The notes beneath the pieces were generated by a model. It made no database searches and was not told the DNA's origin. It saw only the letters and a list, made by a program, of their open reading frames with translations. Positions 38,118 through 49,406 of a stretch of DNA of 64,000 nucleotides are shown here, piece by piece; the stretch's first letter is position 1, and every line of letters begins with the position of its first letter. The position numbers and the translations under genes were made by a program. Source of the DNA: an uncultured cyanobacterium (GTDB lineage: Bacteria; Cyanobacteriota; Cyanobacteriia; Cyanobacteriales; CAWCAG01); the NCBI GenBank assembly GCA_963803805.1, contig CAWDOD010000004.1, forward strand, positions 448,001 to 512,000, given 5' to 3'.

Positions 38118-40019
38118 TTATAAGTGAGCCTCCAATGCTTCAGCAACAATCTGACTCATAGGTTTGCCTTGGGCTACCGAAGAAGCTTTTAACTTGTCGT
38201 AAATATATTCTGGGACACCAATACGATGGCGTTTTTTACTTGCTTTGGGAGGTTGATAACTACCCAGATCATAGGTTGCCGAAAACTCTCGCAAAGCGTC
38301 AAAACCAACTCGGTTGCAGAATTCACCAAAACTTTCTTCTAGTTTGCGAAATTGCTTAAAATAGACAAAAAGCGGCTCTAAAAAAGATTCTAGCTTTTCC
38401 ACAGGTAACTTATCAACAAATGGTCTAGCTAACTTAGTTTGATTGGGTGTTCCTCCTAACCAAATTTGATAGGTTTCTGGGGCGCTACCTACAAAGCCTA
38501 ATTCTGCCATATAAGGGCGGGCGCAACCATTGGGACATCCTGTCATACGGATGACAAAATGCTCTTTTTCCATACCTAGTTTGTTAAGTAGGCTTCGGAT
38601 GCGTTGGATAATACTTGGTATGGCTCGTTCTGATTCTGTGATAGCTAAACCGCAGGTGGGTAAAGCTGGGCAAGCCATGGCGTAGCGCACTAAGGGATCG
38701 ATTTTGTCTGGGGAAACTACACCATGTTGTTGCAGGATCTGTTGAATATTTTCCTGCCAAGCTGGTTCAATTTCGTACAAAATGATATTATGATTTGCTG
38801 TTAAACGTATGGGTAACTCATACTGCTCAATGATTTTTTTCAGGGCAGTTTTAAGTTGAAAGTCGCCTTCATTTTTTACCCGGCCATTTTCTACAGAAAT
38901 ACCTAAAAATAGTTTGCCATCTCCTTGTTCTTGCCAACCAAGAAAATCTTCATACTTGAAGTCTGGCAAGGGTTTGAAAGGAGACAATTCTTTGCCAAAA
39001 AATCCTTCAACTGTGGTACGAAATCTTTCTATTCCCCAGTCGTGGAGGAGATACTTCATCCTGGCATGACGACGTTGTACGCGATCGCCATAATCTCTTT
39101 GGGTGGCAACGATGGCTTTGAGGAGATCAAAAACATCTTCTTTGGCTACATAACCAAGGGGATCGGCTAAGCGGGCAAAGGTTTCTTCTTTGTTATGGGT
39201 ACGCCCTAAACCACCTCCCGCCAGGACATTAAAACCCTCTAATTCCCCTTGTTCGTTGGTAATTACCACTAAGCCAACATCGTGGGTATAAATATCAATG
39301 GAGTTATCCCCTGGTACGGTAACGCAGCACTTAAATTTCCGAGGCATATAGTGGTTGCCGTAAATGGGTTCCTCGGCATCGGGAAAATTCGTACCATTAA
39401 TATCCTTTTGCATTGCTGCTTTAACTTCTGGGGCAACTTCAGAAGTTACGGCTTTTTCACCATCTAACCAAATTTCGTAATAGGCTTCAGTTTGGGGAGT
39501 GAGTAAATCAGCGATTTTATCAGCATATTCCCAAGCGTATTGATACTCTACCTTATTTCTAAACGGTGCAGGGGGAGCCATAACATTGCGGCTAACATCT
39601 CCGCAAGCCCCCAGAGTCGAACCCATGTTTTGGACAATTGAGGAGATCACCGTTTTGAGATTTTTCTTAAGAACCCCATGAATTTGAAATCCTTGGCGGG
39701 TAGTAACTCTCAAGGTTTGGTTGCCCAACTCTTCAGAAAGCTTTTCTAGGGTAAGATATAGCTGTGGTGGAATATATCCTCCGGGGTTACGGGTACGCAA
39801 CATCATTTGGTAGTCTTTTTCTTGGCCCTTTGTCCTATTATCCCGGTCATCTTGCTGATAAGAGCCATGGAATTTAAGGATTTGTACTGCATCTCCAGAA
39901 AAGTGAGTTGTGTCTTCACCAATTTCTGTGGCTAGGGGTTCACGCAGGTAGTTGCTACGCTCTTTTATACCTTCTAATTTAGAAAGTTTTTTGGCAGGAG
40001 AAATAGGTGTTTTGACCAT
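38118..40019 (-). CDS. sir: Ferredoxin-sulfite reductase
   Basis: [28 protein letters not shown] and TGCPNGC siroheme/[4Fe-4S] motifs. Confidence 0.96.
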   Translation of the reverse strand: MVKTPISPAKKLSKLEGIKERSNYLREPLATEIGEDTTHFSGDAVQILKFHGSYQQDDRDNRTKGQEKDYQMMLRTRNPGGYIPPQLYLTLEKLSEELGNQTLRVTTRQGFQIHGVLKKNLKTVISSIVQNMGSTLGACGDVSRNVMAPPAPFRNKVEYQYAWEYADKIADLLTPQTEAYYEIWLDGEKAVTSEVAPEVKAAMQKDINGTNFPDAEEPIYGNHYMPRKFKCCVTVPGDNSIDIYTHDVGLVVITNEQGELEGFNVLAGGGLGRTHNKEETFARLADPLGYVAKEDVFDLLKAIVATQRDYGDRVQRRHARMKYLLHDWGIERFRTTVEGFFGKELSPFKPLPDFKYEDFLGWQEQGDGKLFLGISVENGRVKNEGDFQLKTALKKIIEQYELPIRLTANHNIILYEIEPAWQENIQQILQQHGVVSPDKIDPLVRYAMACPALPTCGLAITESERAIPSIIQRIRSLLNKLGMEKEHFVIRMTGCPNGCARPYMAELGFVGSAPETYQIWLGGTPNQTKLARPFVDKLPVEKLESFLEPLFVYFKQFRKLEESFGEFCNRVGFDALREFSATYDLGSYQPPKASKKRHRIGVPEYIYDKLKASSVAQGKPMSQIVAEALEAHL

Positions 40020-40329
40020 GATGTTAAAAAAATGCGATCGGCAGGTAAATGGTTATTTCTGGTAAATCAGTCAGAATTGCGGTGATTTACCATTATAATC
40101 TGAATGCTTGCCTCTAATCTCAGCAAGGCTTAAAAAGTCCATCATCCGGAGAAAATTGCTTCCGAATCAGGTCAGTATATTTAACACTCAACTGCTACTC
40201 AATATGTATCAATATCCCGAAAAATAAACCTTGACGTAGTACTCGTACAAATTCTAGAACTTACTCACAATATAGAAATAGTAAAATAACAACTATTGCT
40301 ACTTACCTCAAATCTAGAGGACTTTCGCC

Positions 40330-41130
40330 ATGTTACAGTACGATTTGTCCCATCTTCCTACAGCAGAAGAATTACCTTCAGTTGACTTTGAACCTGTGGA
40401 TAATGAAATACAAAGGGCTGTCCCCTTTCTACTACAACAAATCCTCTTGTTTATCTGGCCAGAGCGAGAAGACTTTTTCTTTGGTATGGACATAGCCTAT
40501 TACTATGACTCAGCCCAACCAGCCATCTCTCCAGATGGGTTTTTGAGTATTGGTGTTAGAAAAAGGAAAAGCAAAACCAATAATCCTAACCAAGATGGAC
40601 GTATTAGTTATCTGTTGTGGCAAGAAAACTATGTCGTTCCCACCTTGGTAATAGAATGTGTCTCTCAGAAATACCGAGGTGAGTACGATACTAAAAAAGA
40701 TCAATATGCCCAATTAGGAATACTTTACTATGTTATCTACGATGGTGGTCGCTACTACAGTGAAAAAGGGGCAAAGAGTAAAGGAGATCCTTTTGAAGTC
40801 CATCGCTTGGAAAATGGTGTCTATGTAAGGCAAGCAGGGGAACCGGTTTGGTTGCCGGAAGTTGGATTAGGAATAGGTAGAGAGCGTAGGGAGTTTAATA
40901 CTTGGACAAGGGAATGGTTGTATTGGTATAACGAGGAAGGGAAGCGTTATCCTTCTCCAGATGAAGCGTTTCAGATTGAAAGAGTTCGGGCTACCGAGGA
41001 AAGACTCAAAGCAGAGGAAGAAAGACTTAAAGCAGAGGAAGAAAGAATGAGGGCTGAACAACAAGAAGCTAGAGCAGAACTATTAGCAGCTAAATTACGG
41101 GAGTTAGGTATAGATCCAGAGCAACTTTAA
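40330..41130 (+). CDS. Uma2 family (DUF820) endonuclease-fold protein with coiled-coil tail
   Basis: LPTAEELP, PVDNE, ISPDGF, IECVS, YAQLGILYY; (EEERLKA)n tail; LRELGIDP. Confidence 0.9.
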   Translation: MLQYDLSHLPTAEELPSVDFEPVDNEIQRAVPFLLQQILLFIWPEREDFFFGMDIAYYYDSAQPAISPDGFLSIGVRKRKSKTNNPNQDGRISYLLWQENYVVPTLVIECVSQKYRGEYDTKKDQYAQLGILYYVIYDGGRYYSEKGAKSKGDPFEVHRLENGVYVRQAGEPVWLPEVGLGIGRERREFNTWTREWLYWYNEEGKRYPSPDEAFQIERVRATEERLKAEEERLKAEEERMRAEQQEARAELLAAKLRELGIDPEQL

Positions 41131-41193
41131 TTGAAGGATGCTTTTGTTGAGGGATAAATAATAATTATTCCTTCAAGCCTACTTAAGGAAAAA

Positions 41194-41303
41194 TATAGCA
41201 ATTCTTGATAGCATGAGGTACAGTCTAGACTTTGGTTTGTTGCTAATGGCTAATGGCTAATGGCTAATTGAAATGTACTTCACCAAGTGTGGGAATCGCT
41301 ATA
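41194..41303. mobile_element. MITE-like repeat, family A
   Basis: TATAGCAATTC...GAATCGCTATA termini, ATGAGGTAC, (GCTAATG)n, AAATGTACTTCA. Confidence 0.75.
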
Positions 41304-41440
41304 ACCCTCTTATGTCAGACTCCGATTTCTCCTGTTATTTGAACTTTCTGGACAAAGGCTATACTAAGGAGTACAGAGTTCGATGGGCGAATTTTAGCAA
41401 TTTTGCTGCTGGCAAGAATTTTTAGTCAGAAAAAACAAGC

Positions 41441-41475
41441 GCGATTGCGCTCCGCGCACCAGCAGAGCTGATCGC
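41441..41475. repeat. Short GC-rich palindromic element with HIP1-like ends
   Basis: GCGATTGCGCTCCGC-GCACCA-GCAGAGCTGATCGC. Confidence 0.5.
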
Positions 41476-41550
41476 ATAATATACAAAAGCTCCAGGACTC
41501 AGAAATGACTTTTGTTTCCAGAGAGTGACTAAAGAGGGATAAATGGCATT

Positions 41551-41961
41551 ATGCAACTACCAGAAGAACCAGAGCAACCTTTCTCTATTAACATCTTGCC
41601 TGCTATTGATGTTATTTTTGTGATTCTTACTTTTGTGATTCTTTCTACTCTTTATTTAACTCGTTCCCAGGTACTACCAGTTAATTTACCAGAAGCGGGA
41701 ACTGCTCAAACTCAGCAGACTAAAACGATTAATGTTACTGTCACCAAAGAAAGAACTATCGCTATTAATCGTCAGCCAGTTAACCTAGAACAAGTTCAGA
41801 CACAATTAAGTAAATTGGTGCAGCCAGGAGTTGAATCTTTGGTGTTAGTTAATGCTGATGAGAAAGCTTATCATGGTGATGTTGTAGCAGTGATGGATCG
41901 CATTAGTCAAGTTGAAGGGGTTAAGTTAGCGATCGCAGTGAATAAAGTTGATAGAAATTAA
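41551..41961 (+). CDS. exbD: Biopolymer transport protein ExbD/TolR
   Basis: INILPAIDVIFVILTF TM segment, VNLPEA, NADEKAYHG.VV.VMD. Confidence 0.9.
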   Translation: MQLPEEPEQPFSINILPAIDVIFVILTFVILSTLYLTRSQVLPVNLPEAGTAQTQQTKTINVTVTKERTIAINRQPVNLEQVQTQLSKLVQPGVESLVLVNADEKAYHGDVVAVMDRISQVEGVKLAIAVNKVDRN

Positions 41962-42132
41962 GTAAATAATTTGTGATTAAGACGAAACGCAATCTCAAAC
42001 TCTTCACAAACGTGGGTTATTTTTTTGATTTGCCTTAATAATTTTTTCTTCCCTAGTTATTCCCGATTGCTTTTTACTGTAGTAATCAATTGAGTCATCA
42101 CAAATCAATCGATTAACTAAGGAGACAAAACC

Positions 42133-42309
42133 ATGAAACTTACCTATCGTGGTATCAACTACACCAGCAATTCTAGCCAAGTTGAAGTTGTACTAGGTAA
42201 CAGTAATTGTAAATATCGGGGTGTTTCTTATCGTACTCCACTGGTAAAAAGAGTTCCTACCCAAGACAAAAAAGAAATGAAATATCGAGGTATTTCTTAC
42301 TCAACTTAA
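42133..42309 (+). CDS. DUF4278-like small protein, 58 aa (not in the ORF track)
   Basis: MKLTYRGINY...KYRGVSY...MKYRGISY with three YRG units; RBS AAGGAG. Confidence 0.85.
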   Translation: MKLTYRGINYTSNSSQVEVVLGNSNCKYRGVSYRTPLVKRVPTQDKKEMKYRGISYST

Positions 42310-42353
42310 GAGAAATAAAGTAATTACAAACTTAAAATTGGGGTGAAATTATT

Positions 42354-42500
42354 ATGCAACTAACTGAACTTCCTGTAGTTAAGGTTTCCGGCAAGCAAAC
42401 TAATAGCAAACCGCAACATAAAGAAGGGCGTTTGCTTGCACGGTGGATGAGAGATAAAAATTATCATCTCTATTGTCGTTGGGTAAAAATGGACTTCTAA
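42354..42500 (+). CDS. 48-aa small protein (not in the ORF track)
   Basis: MQLTELPVVKVSGKQTNSKPQHKEGRLLARWMRDKNYHLYCRWVKMDF; GGGGTG RBS-like site; 44 nt after the DUF4278-like gene. Confidence 0.6.
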   Translation: MQLTELPVVKVSGKQTNSKPQHKEGRLLARWMRDKNYHLYCRWVKMDF

Positions 42501-44695
42501 CTAACCAATTCTTTTGCCCGCTTTACAAAAGCCTCGGCAGTTAAACCATTAAGTTCCATCACTTGGGTTGCACTAGAAGCAGTTTCTCCTCGCTTCCAAG
42601 CAAAGGTATCTCGCTTGCTGTTGCTGCGTAGCATAACAGGTTCCAACATGGCACTGCTACCCCCTGTGATACCTAGCAAAGCATCCCCAGCAAACAATTC
42701 CTCGAACTTAGCATCATCAAGAAAGTTATTATCTGCTTCACTGCAAGTCTCCGAAGCTGTATCAGTGGGACGATATAAGCGGCGGGGGCTAATCACAGAA
42801 ACAATTTTTGTACCAATACCTGCGGCTTTAAGATGTTCCGCTGCTTCATAAACGGGAAGTAACGTCATATCGCCAATAACCGCAAAAACCACTTGCTTGC
42901 TGCCTTCGGTTTCCTGCAAAACTACTGCACCTTCTCGTAAGGCTTGGCGGGTTTGTTCAAAGTTGGTACGAATTGGTAAGGGTGACTTGCTTGCAGTGAT
43001 AGTAACTCCTTTGTTTTTAGTCCCTAATGCCCATTCATAACAAGCTTGAATACTATTGGCATCGCAGGGAAATAAGGGGAAAATATTACCATTACGCATC
43101 ATCCCGGCAAAGTAGTTTTCAATCTCTGGCCTTTGGTGAGTCCAGCCGTTGCGCCCCTGTTCCAAGGCCCCGGCGGTGAAGAGGGTAACGGTAGAAGGAG
43201 TGGGACGGCGTAACTCTGCCATTGCTTGGGTGACGGTTTGCCATATGGGTAAACCGTTGATAGCAAATGATTCATAGGAACACCAGAGACTACGAGAACC
43301 GAACAAGGCTAATCCTGCTGCTAAGCCTGCACAAGCATCTTCACTTAAGGGTTCATATACTTGACCTTGGGGCTGTTGATAGTAAGTTTCATCGGTGGTG
43401 GGATGGATAATTTTTAGGGCAATGTTGATGTTGTTAATTCCCGATGCAGCATTACCATCTGCATTAGCAACGATAAAATTAGAGTCTTGTTTACCAACAT
43501 GGGCAGCGATCGCACCCATAGCCGTAGTAGCAATTTGCTTTTCTCCACCAACGGGGAATTGTTGCAAGGGCAATTCTCCTAACTCCGGGAGGGGTAAAAC
43601 CTTCTCTGTAACTGCAACTTGAGATGCCGATCCCCCTCCTGCTTGTTGCCAATTGTTGCGTACTAGTTGCCAAGCTTCTGGGGTTAAAGCCCTTTCTTTC
43701 AAAGCACTGACAATGTAATCTTTATCAGTGGTGTCTCCAGGATAGAGATTGTGAGATTGTGCGCCCCGTTTGTGAACTCCTGCCCCTTTAAGCTGTTTGA
43801 TGATCAGCACAGTTAATGTGCCGTTGAGGGCAGATTGGGCTGCTTTGTCGGTGGCTTCTAACACTGCTTGGGTAAACTTGAGGCGATTTTCCCAAGAGAA
43901 CATGGTGCTATCGACATAATCACCCTTTTGGTTCGCATCATCGTATTCTTTGGCATCTACCAATAAGATATTCTTAAAACCATTCCCAGACCAATACTCA
44001 ATCATTTCCTGATTGGTTTTAGTAGAAACCATGCTGTGGTGTTCTTGGGAATAACCATTCCAAACTAAGATGGGTAAGAAGTTGGTAACTTGGGGATAAG
44101 CAGTATTAAAATGCCCAAAACTACTCATCACATAGGGTTCCCCAATGCCTCCATCCCCAATGGTAACAGGGAAAAGTATATCAGGATGAAGTTTCGCACC
44201 GGCCATCGCAAAGTGCTGTCCCTGTCCCAAAGGCCCAGCAGGGCTAAGAAGTCCCGGAATTTGCCCGGAGAGATGACCTAAAAGTCCATGGGTTTCTCGG
44301 TAGCGATCGCGCATTTGTTGCACTGTTTCAATGCCCATTGCTTCTAAGGAACGATCTAAAAACACATTGCTATAAAATCCTGGGGCATGATGTCCCACTT
44401 CTGTGAGAATATTTTTGTAGCCCAACATTACTAAAGCAGCAATACAGTCGGCAATACTAGCAAAACCTCCAGGGTGTCCGGAGGACTTAGAAGCAGTTGT
44501 TTGTAGGGTTAAGTAACGTAGTGCATCTGCCCCTAATAGGGTTTGGTAAACAGCGTTAGGATCACTAGGGGAAGAGATAGCCGTCTTTCCTGTGGGGATA
44601 GCGGGTTTTTGTCCATATTTACTAAACTCCGGTAGTTCTTTACTAAAATGTTGAATGCCTTGACAAAAGCTAGGAATCCCTGTGGCAACGGTCAT
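42497..44695 (-). CDS. Phosphoketolase/transketolase-family TPP enzyme (cyanobacterial type of about 730 aa)
   Basis: SGHPGG, GHHAPG, GPLGQG, TPP motif GDGG...NG, GRNGWTHQRPE. Confidence 0.85.
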   Translation of the reverse strand: MTVATGIPSFCQGIQHFSKELPEFSKYGQKPAIPTGKTAISSPSDPNAVYQTLLGADALRYLTLQTTASKSSGHPGGFASIADCIAALVMLGYKNILTEVGHHAPGFYSNVFLDRSLEAMGIETVQQMRDRYRETHGLLGHLSGQIPGLLSPAGPLGQGQHFAMAGAKLHPDILFPVTIGDGGIGEPYVMSSFGHFNTAYPQVTNFLPILVWNGYSQEHHSMVSTKTNQEMIEYWSGNGFKNILLVDAKEYDDANQKGDYVDSTMFSWENRLKFTQAVLEATDKAAQSALNGTLTVLIIKQLKGAGVHKRGAQSHNLYPGDTTDKDYIVSALKERALTPEAWQLVRNNWQQAGGGSASQVAVTEKVLPLPELGELPLQQFPVGGEKQIATTAMGAIAAHVGKQDSNFIVANADGNAASGINNINIALKIIHPTTDETYYQQPQGQVYEPLSEDACAGLAAGLALFGSRSLWCSYESFAINGLPIWQTVTQAMAELRRPTPSTVTLFTAGALEQGRNGWTHQRPEIENYFAGMMRNGNIFPLFPCDANSIQACYEWALGTKNKGVTITASKSPLPIRTNFEQTRQALREGAVVLQETEGSKQVVFAVIGDMTLLPVYEAAEHLKAAGIGTKIVSVISPRRLYRPTDTASETCSEADNNFLDDAKFEELFAGDALLGITGGSSAMLEPVMLRSNSKRDTFAWKRGETASSATQVMELNGLTAEAFVKRAKELVS

Positions 44696-44902
44696 ATTGT
44701 CCAATCCTTGATTATAATTCGCAACTATTAAATAAATCTTATAACGCTTTGTGTTAGGTAATCAGTAATAGACTATAGGCTATAGGCTAGTTGCAAGTTG
44801 CTAAAATCTTAGACTTGGTGAGGATATTTTATTCATTGGAGTACTCTTAGACAAAAATCAACTCCAAACTGAGATTTATTTGAGTACCATTAATACTTCT
44901 TG

Positions 44903-47524
44903 TTAAGGCGATAATTCTTCTCTTAGTTGCTGCTTTGCCGTTTCTAAAGCCTCCGGTAACTTACTAGCATCCCTTCCTCCTGCCTGGGCTAAATTAGCCT
45001 TGCCACCGCCACCGCCACCACAGATTTTGGCAACGCTGCCGATGAATTTCCCGGCTTGAAGTCCTTTTTTGTTAATCCCTTTACTAAAAGCAGCAACCAA
45101 ACTTACCTTATCCTCCCCAGAAATAGAACCCAAAATTACTGCACTTTCTCCTAGCTTTTGCTGTAACCTTTCTGCTGCGGTTTTTAAGCTGTTGGGGTCA
45201 GCATTTTCTACCGCAGCAACTAAGATTTTAAATTCCCCAAGAGATTCAACTTGGCTGATAATTTGGTCAGATTTAGCGGCGGTGAGTTCTTGTTTTAAGG
45301 CTTCTACTTCCTTTTGAGATGCCTTTAATTCCGTTTGCAAAGCAGTGATGCGATCGCTGATTTCTTCGGGTTTAATTTTGAAGCGATCGCTTAAGTCTTT
45401 AACTACTTTGTCCCGTAGGTTCAAATACTCTAATACTGCTGTTCCCACCACCGCTTCAATTCTCCTGACTCCAGATGAGACACTACCTTCGGAAGTAATT
45501 TTAAATAGACCAATTTCTGCTGTATTGTTAACATGAGTACCGCCGCAAAGTTCCAGCGATACACCAGGAACATCCATTACCCTAACTTCATCGCCATATT
45601 TTTCCCCAAACATAGCGATCGCCCCTTTTGCTTTTGCTTCGGTAATGGGCATTACCTCCGTTTGCGTATCCCTCGCCTCAGCAATCCAAGTATTAATTTG
45701 TTCTTCGACTTGCTGCACTTCTTCTGGGGTTAAGGAACGAGAAAAGTTAAAATCGAAGCGTAAATGGTCGAAAGAAACTAAGGAACCAGCTTGAGAAATG
45801 CGGTCATCAACTAGCTGTTTTAAAGCTGCTTGTAAAAGGTGGGTGGCGGTATGATGTGCTTGTATTTGGCGACGACAACCACGGTCGATTGTAGCATTAA
45901 CAGGTATTCCTAAAGTTAAGGTTCCCCGTTCCACGCTTCCAAAGTGAATAAAGGTTTGCCCTTGCTTTTGTACATCTGCAATCCGAACGACTAAATTATC
46001 ACCGCTTAAAAAGCCGCGATCGCCGATTTGCCCTCCGGATTCAGCATAAAAAGGAGTTTGATCGAGTACAAGTTGAACTTTTTCTCCTGCTGTTGCTGAT
46101 TCAACCCTTTCCCCATCAACCAAAATGGTGGTAACTTGGCTAGTTGCCGCGAATTCTGTATAACCCACAAACTCTGTCGCTGCCCCAGCTTCTAAAGAAC
46201 CATTACCCATTAAATCAATGGTTTCATGGGCCAAACGGGAACTGTCTTTTTGTTCCGCCATCGCTTCCTCAAAGCCCTCTAAATCGATGCTAAAACCCTG
46301 TTCAGCAGCAATTTCTTGGGTTAATTCCAAGGGAAAACCGTGGGTATCATAAAGGGTAAAAGCATCTCGCCCAGAAATTTGCTTCTGGGAATTGTTGGCT
46401 GTTTTAGCAATAATTTCTGCTAGTAACTTTTCCCCTGTGGCTAAGGTTTTGATAAATTTGCCTTCTTCTGTTTGTAACTCAGCTTTAATTATTTCCTCCC
46501 TTTCTTTTACCTGGGGATAAACTTCTTGGGAGAGGGCGATCGCCCTCTCAGCAACTTGGTTAATAAACTCTCCTTCAATGCCAATTAATCTACCGTGGCG
46601 GACAACACGACGAATCAAACGCCGCAAAATGTAACCTCGCCCAACATTGGCAGCAGTGATCCCATCAGTAATCATATGTACCACTGCCCGAACATGATCA
46701 CCAATTACTTTCAAAGATACTTTCGTTTTCTCATCAGCTTGGTAGTAATCAAGCCCAGCAATTTCCGCAGCAGATTTAATTAAAGGGAAAATCAGATCCG
46801 TTTCGTAATTATTAGGAACTTTTTGCAGAATTTGGGCCATTCTTTCCAAACCCAAACCTGTATCAATATTCCGTTTAGCTAAGGGGGTTAATGTCCCATC
46901 AGCATCCCGATTGTATTGCATAAACACCAGGTTATAAAATTCAATAAACCGGCTGTCATCTTCCAAGTCAATTTCTTTGTCCCCTAATTCTGGATGAAAG
47001 TCATAATAAATCTCTGAACAAGGACCACAAGGCCCTGTAGGGCCAGACTTCCAGAAATTATCTTCTGCCCCCATCCTTTGAATACGATGTTCCGGGATGC
47101 CAATTTTGTCTCGCCAAATCGCAAAAGCTTCTTCATCTTCCCTAAAGACGCTAGGAACTAATCTTTCTGGGGGTAAAGCAAATACTTCAGTAGAAAGTTC
47201 CCAAGCCCATCTAATGGCTTGTTCCTTAAAATAATCCCCAAAACTAAAGTTACCCAACATCTCAAAAAAGGTATGATGACGGGCAGTACGTCCTACATTT
47301 TCAATATCGTTGGTGCGGATACATTTTTGGGAAGTGGTGGCACGAAGATATTCTGGGGTTTGCTGTCCCAAAAAGATGGGCTTGAAAGGTAGCATCCCCG
47401 CGATAGTTAACAAGACGGTAGGATCTTCCGGCACTAAAGAAGCACTCTTTAGAATTTGATGTTGCCTTTGCTCATAAAAATCTAAAAATTTCTCTCTAAT
47501 CTCGTCACCACTAAGATAATTCAT
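44903..47524 (-). CDS. alaS: Alanine--tRNA ligase
   Basis: [49 protein letters not shown]1 domain. Confidence 0.98.
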   Translation of the reverse strand: MNYLSGDEIREKFLDFYEQRQHQILKSASLVPEDPTVLLTIAGMLPFKPIFLGQQTPEYLRATTSQKCIRTNDIENVGRTARHHTFFEMLGNFSFGDYFKEQAIRWAWELSTEVFALPPERLVPSVFREDEEAFAIWRDKIGIPEHRIQRMGAEDNFWKSGPTGPCGPCSEIYYDFHPELGDKEIDLEDDSRFIEFYNLVFMQYNRDADGTLTPLAKRNIDTGLGLERMAQILQKVPNNYETDLIFPLIKSAAEIAGLDYYQADEKTKVSLKVIGDHVRAVVHMITDGITAANVGRGYILRRLIRRVVRHGRLIGIEGEFINQVAERAIALSQEVYPQVKEREEIIKAELQTEEGKFIKTLATGEKLLAEIIAKTANNSQKQISGRDAFTLYDTHGFPLELTQEIAAEQGFSIDLEGFEEAMAEQKDSSRLAHETIDLMGNGSLEAGAATEFVGYTEFAATSQVTTILVDGERVESATAGEKVQLVLDQTPFYAESGGQIGDRGFLSGDNLVVRIADVQKQGQTFIHFGSVERGTLTLGIPVNATIDRGCRRQIQAHHTATHLLQAALKQLVDDRISQAGSLVSFDHLRFDFNFSRSLTPEEVQQVEEQINTWIAEARDTQTEVMPITEAKAKGAIAMFGEKYGDEVRVMDVPGVSLELCGGTHVNNTAEIGLFKITSEGSVSSGVRRIEAVVGTAVLEYLNLRDKVVKDLSDRFKIKPEEISDRITALQTELKASQKEVEALKQELTAAKSDQIISQVESLGEFKILVAAVENADPNSLKTAAERLQQKLGESAVILGSISGEDKVSLVAAFSKGINKKGLQAGKFIGSVAKICGGGGGGKANLAQAGGRDASKLPEALETAKQQLREELSP

Positions 47525-47558
47525 ATCATTTAACCTTTATCACATTTAACATTTATCC

Positions 47559-47583
47559 GTAGGGTGGGCATCGCCTACCTTAC
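47559..47583. repeat. GTAG-family REP hairpin
   Basis: GTAGGGTGGGCATCGCCTACCTTAC. Confidence 0.65.
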
Positions 47584-47854
47584 AACATATATAGTGGAGA
47601 AATTCTCACTCGGCATCAGTTTTGCTTTCTCTACTGCTATACCGATAAAGAGTTAAAAGATCCGCCCTTTTTATTCTAACTTTCAATCGTCAGAAGTTTC
47701 TCTCCTCAGATTTAACAGAGGTAAGGTGCTAAATCTACCTTTACCCGAACAGGTGTACAGCTTCCTTTAATGATAATGATTGGTTCTCCGTGCAGAATTT
47801 CGTTATCCCGCACAATGTATAAATATTCTGTTGTTTGAACTATGACTTATATAT

Positions 47855-48604
47855 ATGGTGCTTGATTTTTGGGCTAAGACTAGCGGAACTTGGATTAATG
47901 CTTTGACAGTTTTGCTGGGTACTGTACTCGGCTTGCTACTCAAAAATCGTCTCTCTAGTAATATGCAGCAAATCATCACCCAAGGTATTGGCTTATTAAC
48001 TCTGTGGATAGGCTTAAATATGGCTAATAGCTTACAAAAAGTGCAAGCTGGAGAAATAGATGGCGCAATTTTAGGGCTGCTTGCTATTGTGATGGGGGGA
48101 ATTTTAGGAGAATGGTGGCAAATTGAAGGAAAATTGACGGCAGTAGGAGAGTGGTTGAAATTAAAGTTTCGGGGACAGGGGCGCTTTACAGAAGGATTTG
48201 TGGCAGCTAGTGTCTTGTTTTGCGTAGGGCCAATGGCTTTAATTGGTAGCTTGAATAACGGCTTAACCGGGGATGATACTTTATTAACGGTGAAAGCAAC
48301 CATGGATGGTATTGTTTCTATTGCTTTTAGTAGTAGTTACGGTGTTGGTGTCGGTTTTTCTGTTTTGGTCATTCTTTTCTATCAAGGAGGACTTTCCCTC
48401 ACAGCAGGAACATTAGCCCGGTTTTCAAGCGATCCAAGTAGTGATCCTTCTCTGCTTTTGGTTACCGGAGTAGGAGGATTAATGATTATGGCAATCGGCT
48501 TAAGTTTATTGGATATCTTACAAATACGAGTAGCTTCTTTTCTTCCGGCTATTATTATTGCACCCATTCTTTATTGGGCAAGTACATTTGTTAATTCGTT
48601 GTGA
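47855..48604 (+). CDS. DUF554 family membrane protein
   Basis: GTWINA, EGFVAASVLFCVGPM, KATMDG, YQGG. Confidence 0.9.
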   Translation: MVLDFWAKTSGTWINALTVLLGTVLGLLLKNRLSSNMQQIITQGIGLLTLWIGLNMANSLQKVQAGEIDGAILGLLAIVMGGILGEWWQIEGKLTAVGEWLKLKFRGQGRFTEGFVAASVLFCVGPMALIGSLNNGLTGDDTLLTVKATMDGIVSIAFSSSYGVGVGFSVLVILFYQGGLSLTAGTLARFSSDPSSDPSLLLVTGVGGLMIMAIGLSLLDILQIRVASFLPAIIIAPILYWASTFVNSL

Positions 48605-48765
48605 TGAAAAAGTTTATTTCTTTATTGATTAGTAGTATTGCCTGTTTATCTTTGGGTAGTTTAGCTGCTTGCGGCGATCGCACTCAAATGGAAGCCTACA
48701 CTTTAAAAAGAAGTATTTTGCAATCATTCTGGCACTTCTCAAGATTTTGTCCCCTTAAACTTTAG
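48604..48765 (+). pseudogene. 53-aa lipoprotein stub, probably truncated
   Basis: MKKFISLLISSIACLSLGSLAACG signal with lipobox; ATG overlaps the upstream TGA; no recognisable mature domain after the HIP1 site. Confidence 0.5.
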
Positions 48766-48790
48766 CTACGACGATTAATTCAATGACGAT

Positions 48791-48824
48791 AAAGTATGGG
48801 TTAAATCAAAGTATGGGTTAAATC
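48791..48824. repeat. Exact 17-bp tandem duplication
   Basis: AAAGTATGGGTTAAATC twice in tandem. Confidence 0.9.
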
Positions 48825-48831
48825 TCAATTT

Positions 48832-49380
48832 TTAATTTTTAATCGCCCCTGCCCGACAATCCCTTAACCACAAACTCACCGCTTGTCCAACCACACTATC
48901 ACTAGTTTCTCTTGGTGGAGTTGGGGGACGTTCTTTTAAATTAGAACCAAAGCGAGAAAAGACCATTGACATTCTCCAACCTCCCTCAGTTTGAGATAAA
49001 AACAACCAATGATAATTCTCTCTTTTCTCTACTTTATTGTTAATGTATTGCCTTTCTAAGGTTGTGAAAAATATTTGTTCCGGTGGTTCAACTTCTTCAA
49101 TAGGAGGAACAGAAGTATATTGATTTGGAGTAAGATCAAGAGGTTCAAACTCTGCTTTTCCGGCAATAAGCACATAACTATATAAATCAACTTCCCTATC
49201 CAATCTTCGCGCCCTTTGAATAACGCGATTAGCATAATGAGGTAAGTCAATTAACATTTTCTCTGTCAAAATTTCCACATCTTCTGGACAAGAATTGGAA
49301 GTGTTTTGAGCATTAGCAGGTAAGGAATTTAATAAGCTCAAGGTTTGAATAATACTAACAATTAATAAGCTATTTCTCAT
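48832..49380 (-). CDS. Conserved cyanobacterial exported hypothetical protein
   Basis: Signal peptide ending ANA; DLPHYANRVIQR, FFTTLERQY, WLRDC. Confidence 0.7.
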   Translation of the reverse strand: MRNSLLIVSIIQTLSLLNSLPANAQNTSNSCPEDVEILTEKMLIDLPHYANRVIQRARRLDREVDLYSYVLIAGKAEFEPLDLTPNQYTSVPPIEEVEPPEQIFFTTLERQYINNKVEKRENYHWLFLSQTEGGWRMSMVFSRFGSNLKERPPTPPRETSDSVVGQAVSLWLRDCRAGAIKN

Positions 49381-49406
49381 ATAGTTTTAATCTTTTCCAT
49401 TGCCTC

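Noticed and set aside
40990-41060. 21-bp coding repeat (EEERLKA)n in the Uma2 gene
   Set aside because: Variable coiled-coil tails are routine in cyanobacterial Uma2 proteins.
41240-41270. Heptamer runs (GCTAATG, GATCATT, ATAGGCT, GGTAATG) as a possible CRISPR array
   Set aside because: Units are 7 bp with no unique spacers and there are no cas genes; these are ordinary cyanobacterial short tandem repeats.
33099-44695. Phosphoketolase plus acetate kinase as a cluster
   Set aside because: They are functionally related but about 8 kb apart with unrelated genes between them, and this is known metabolism.
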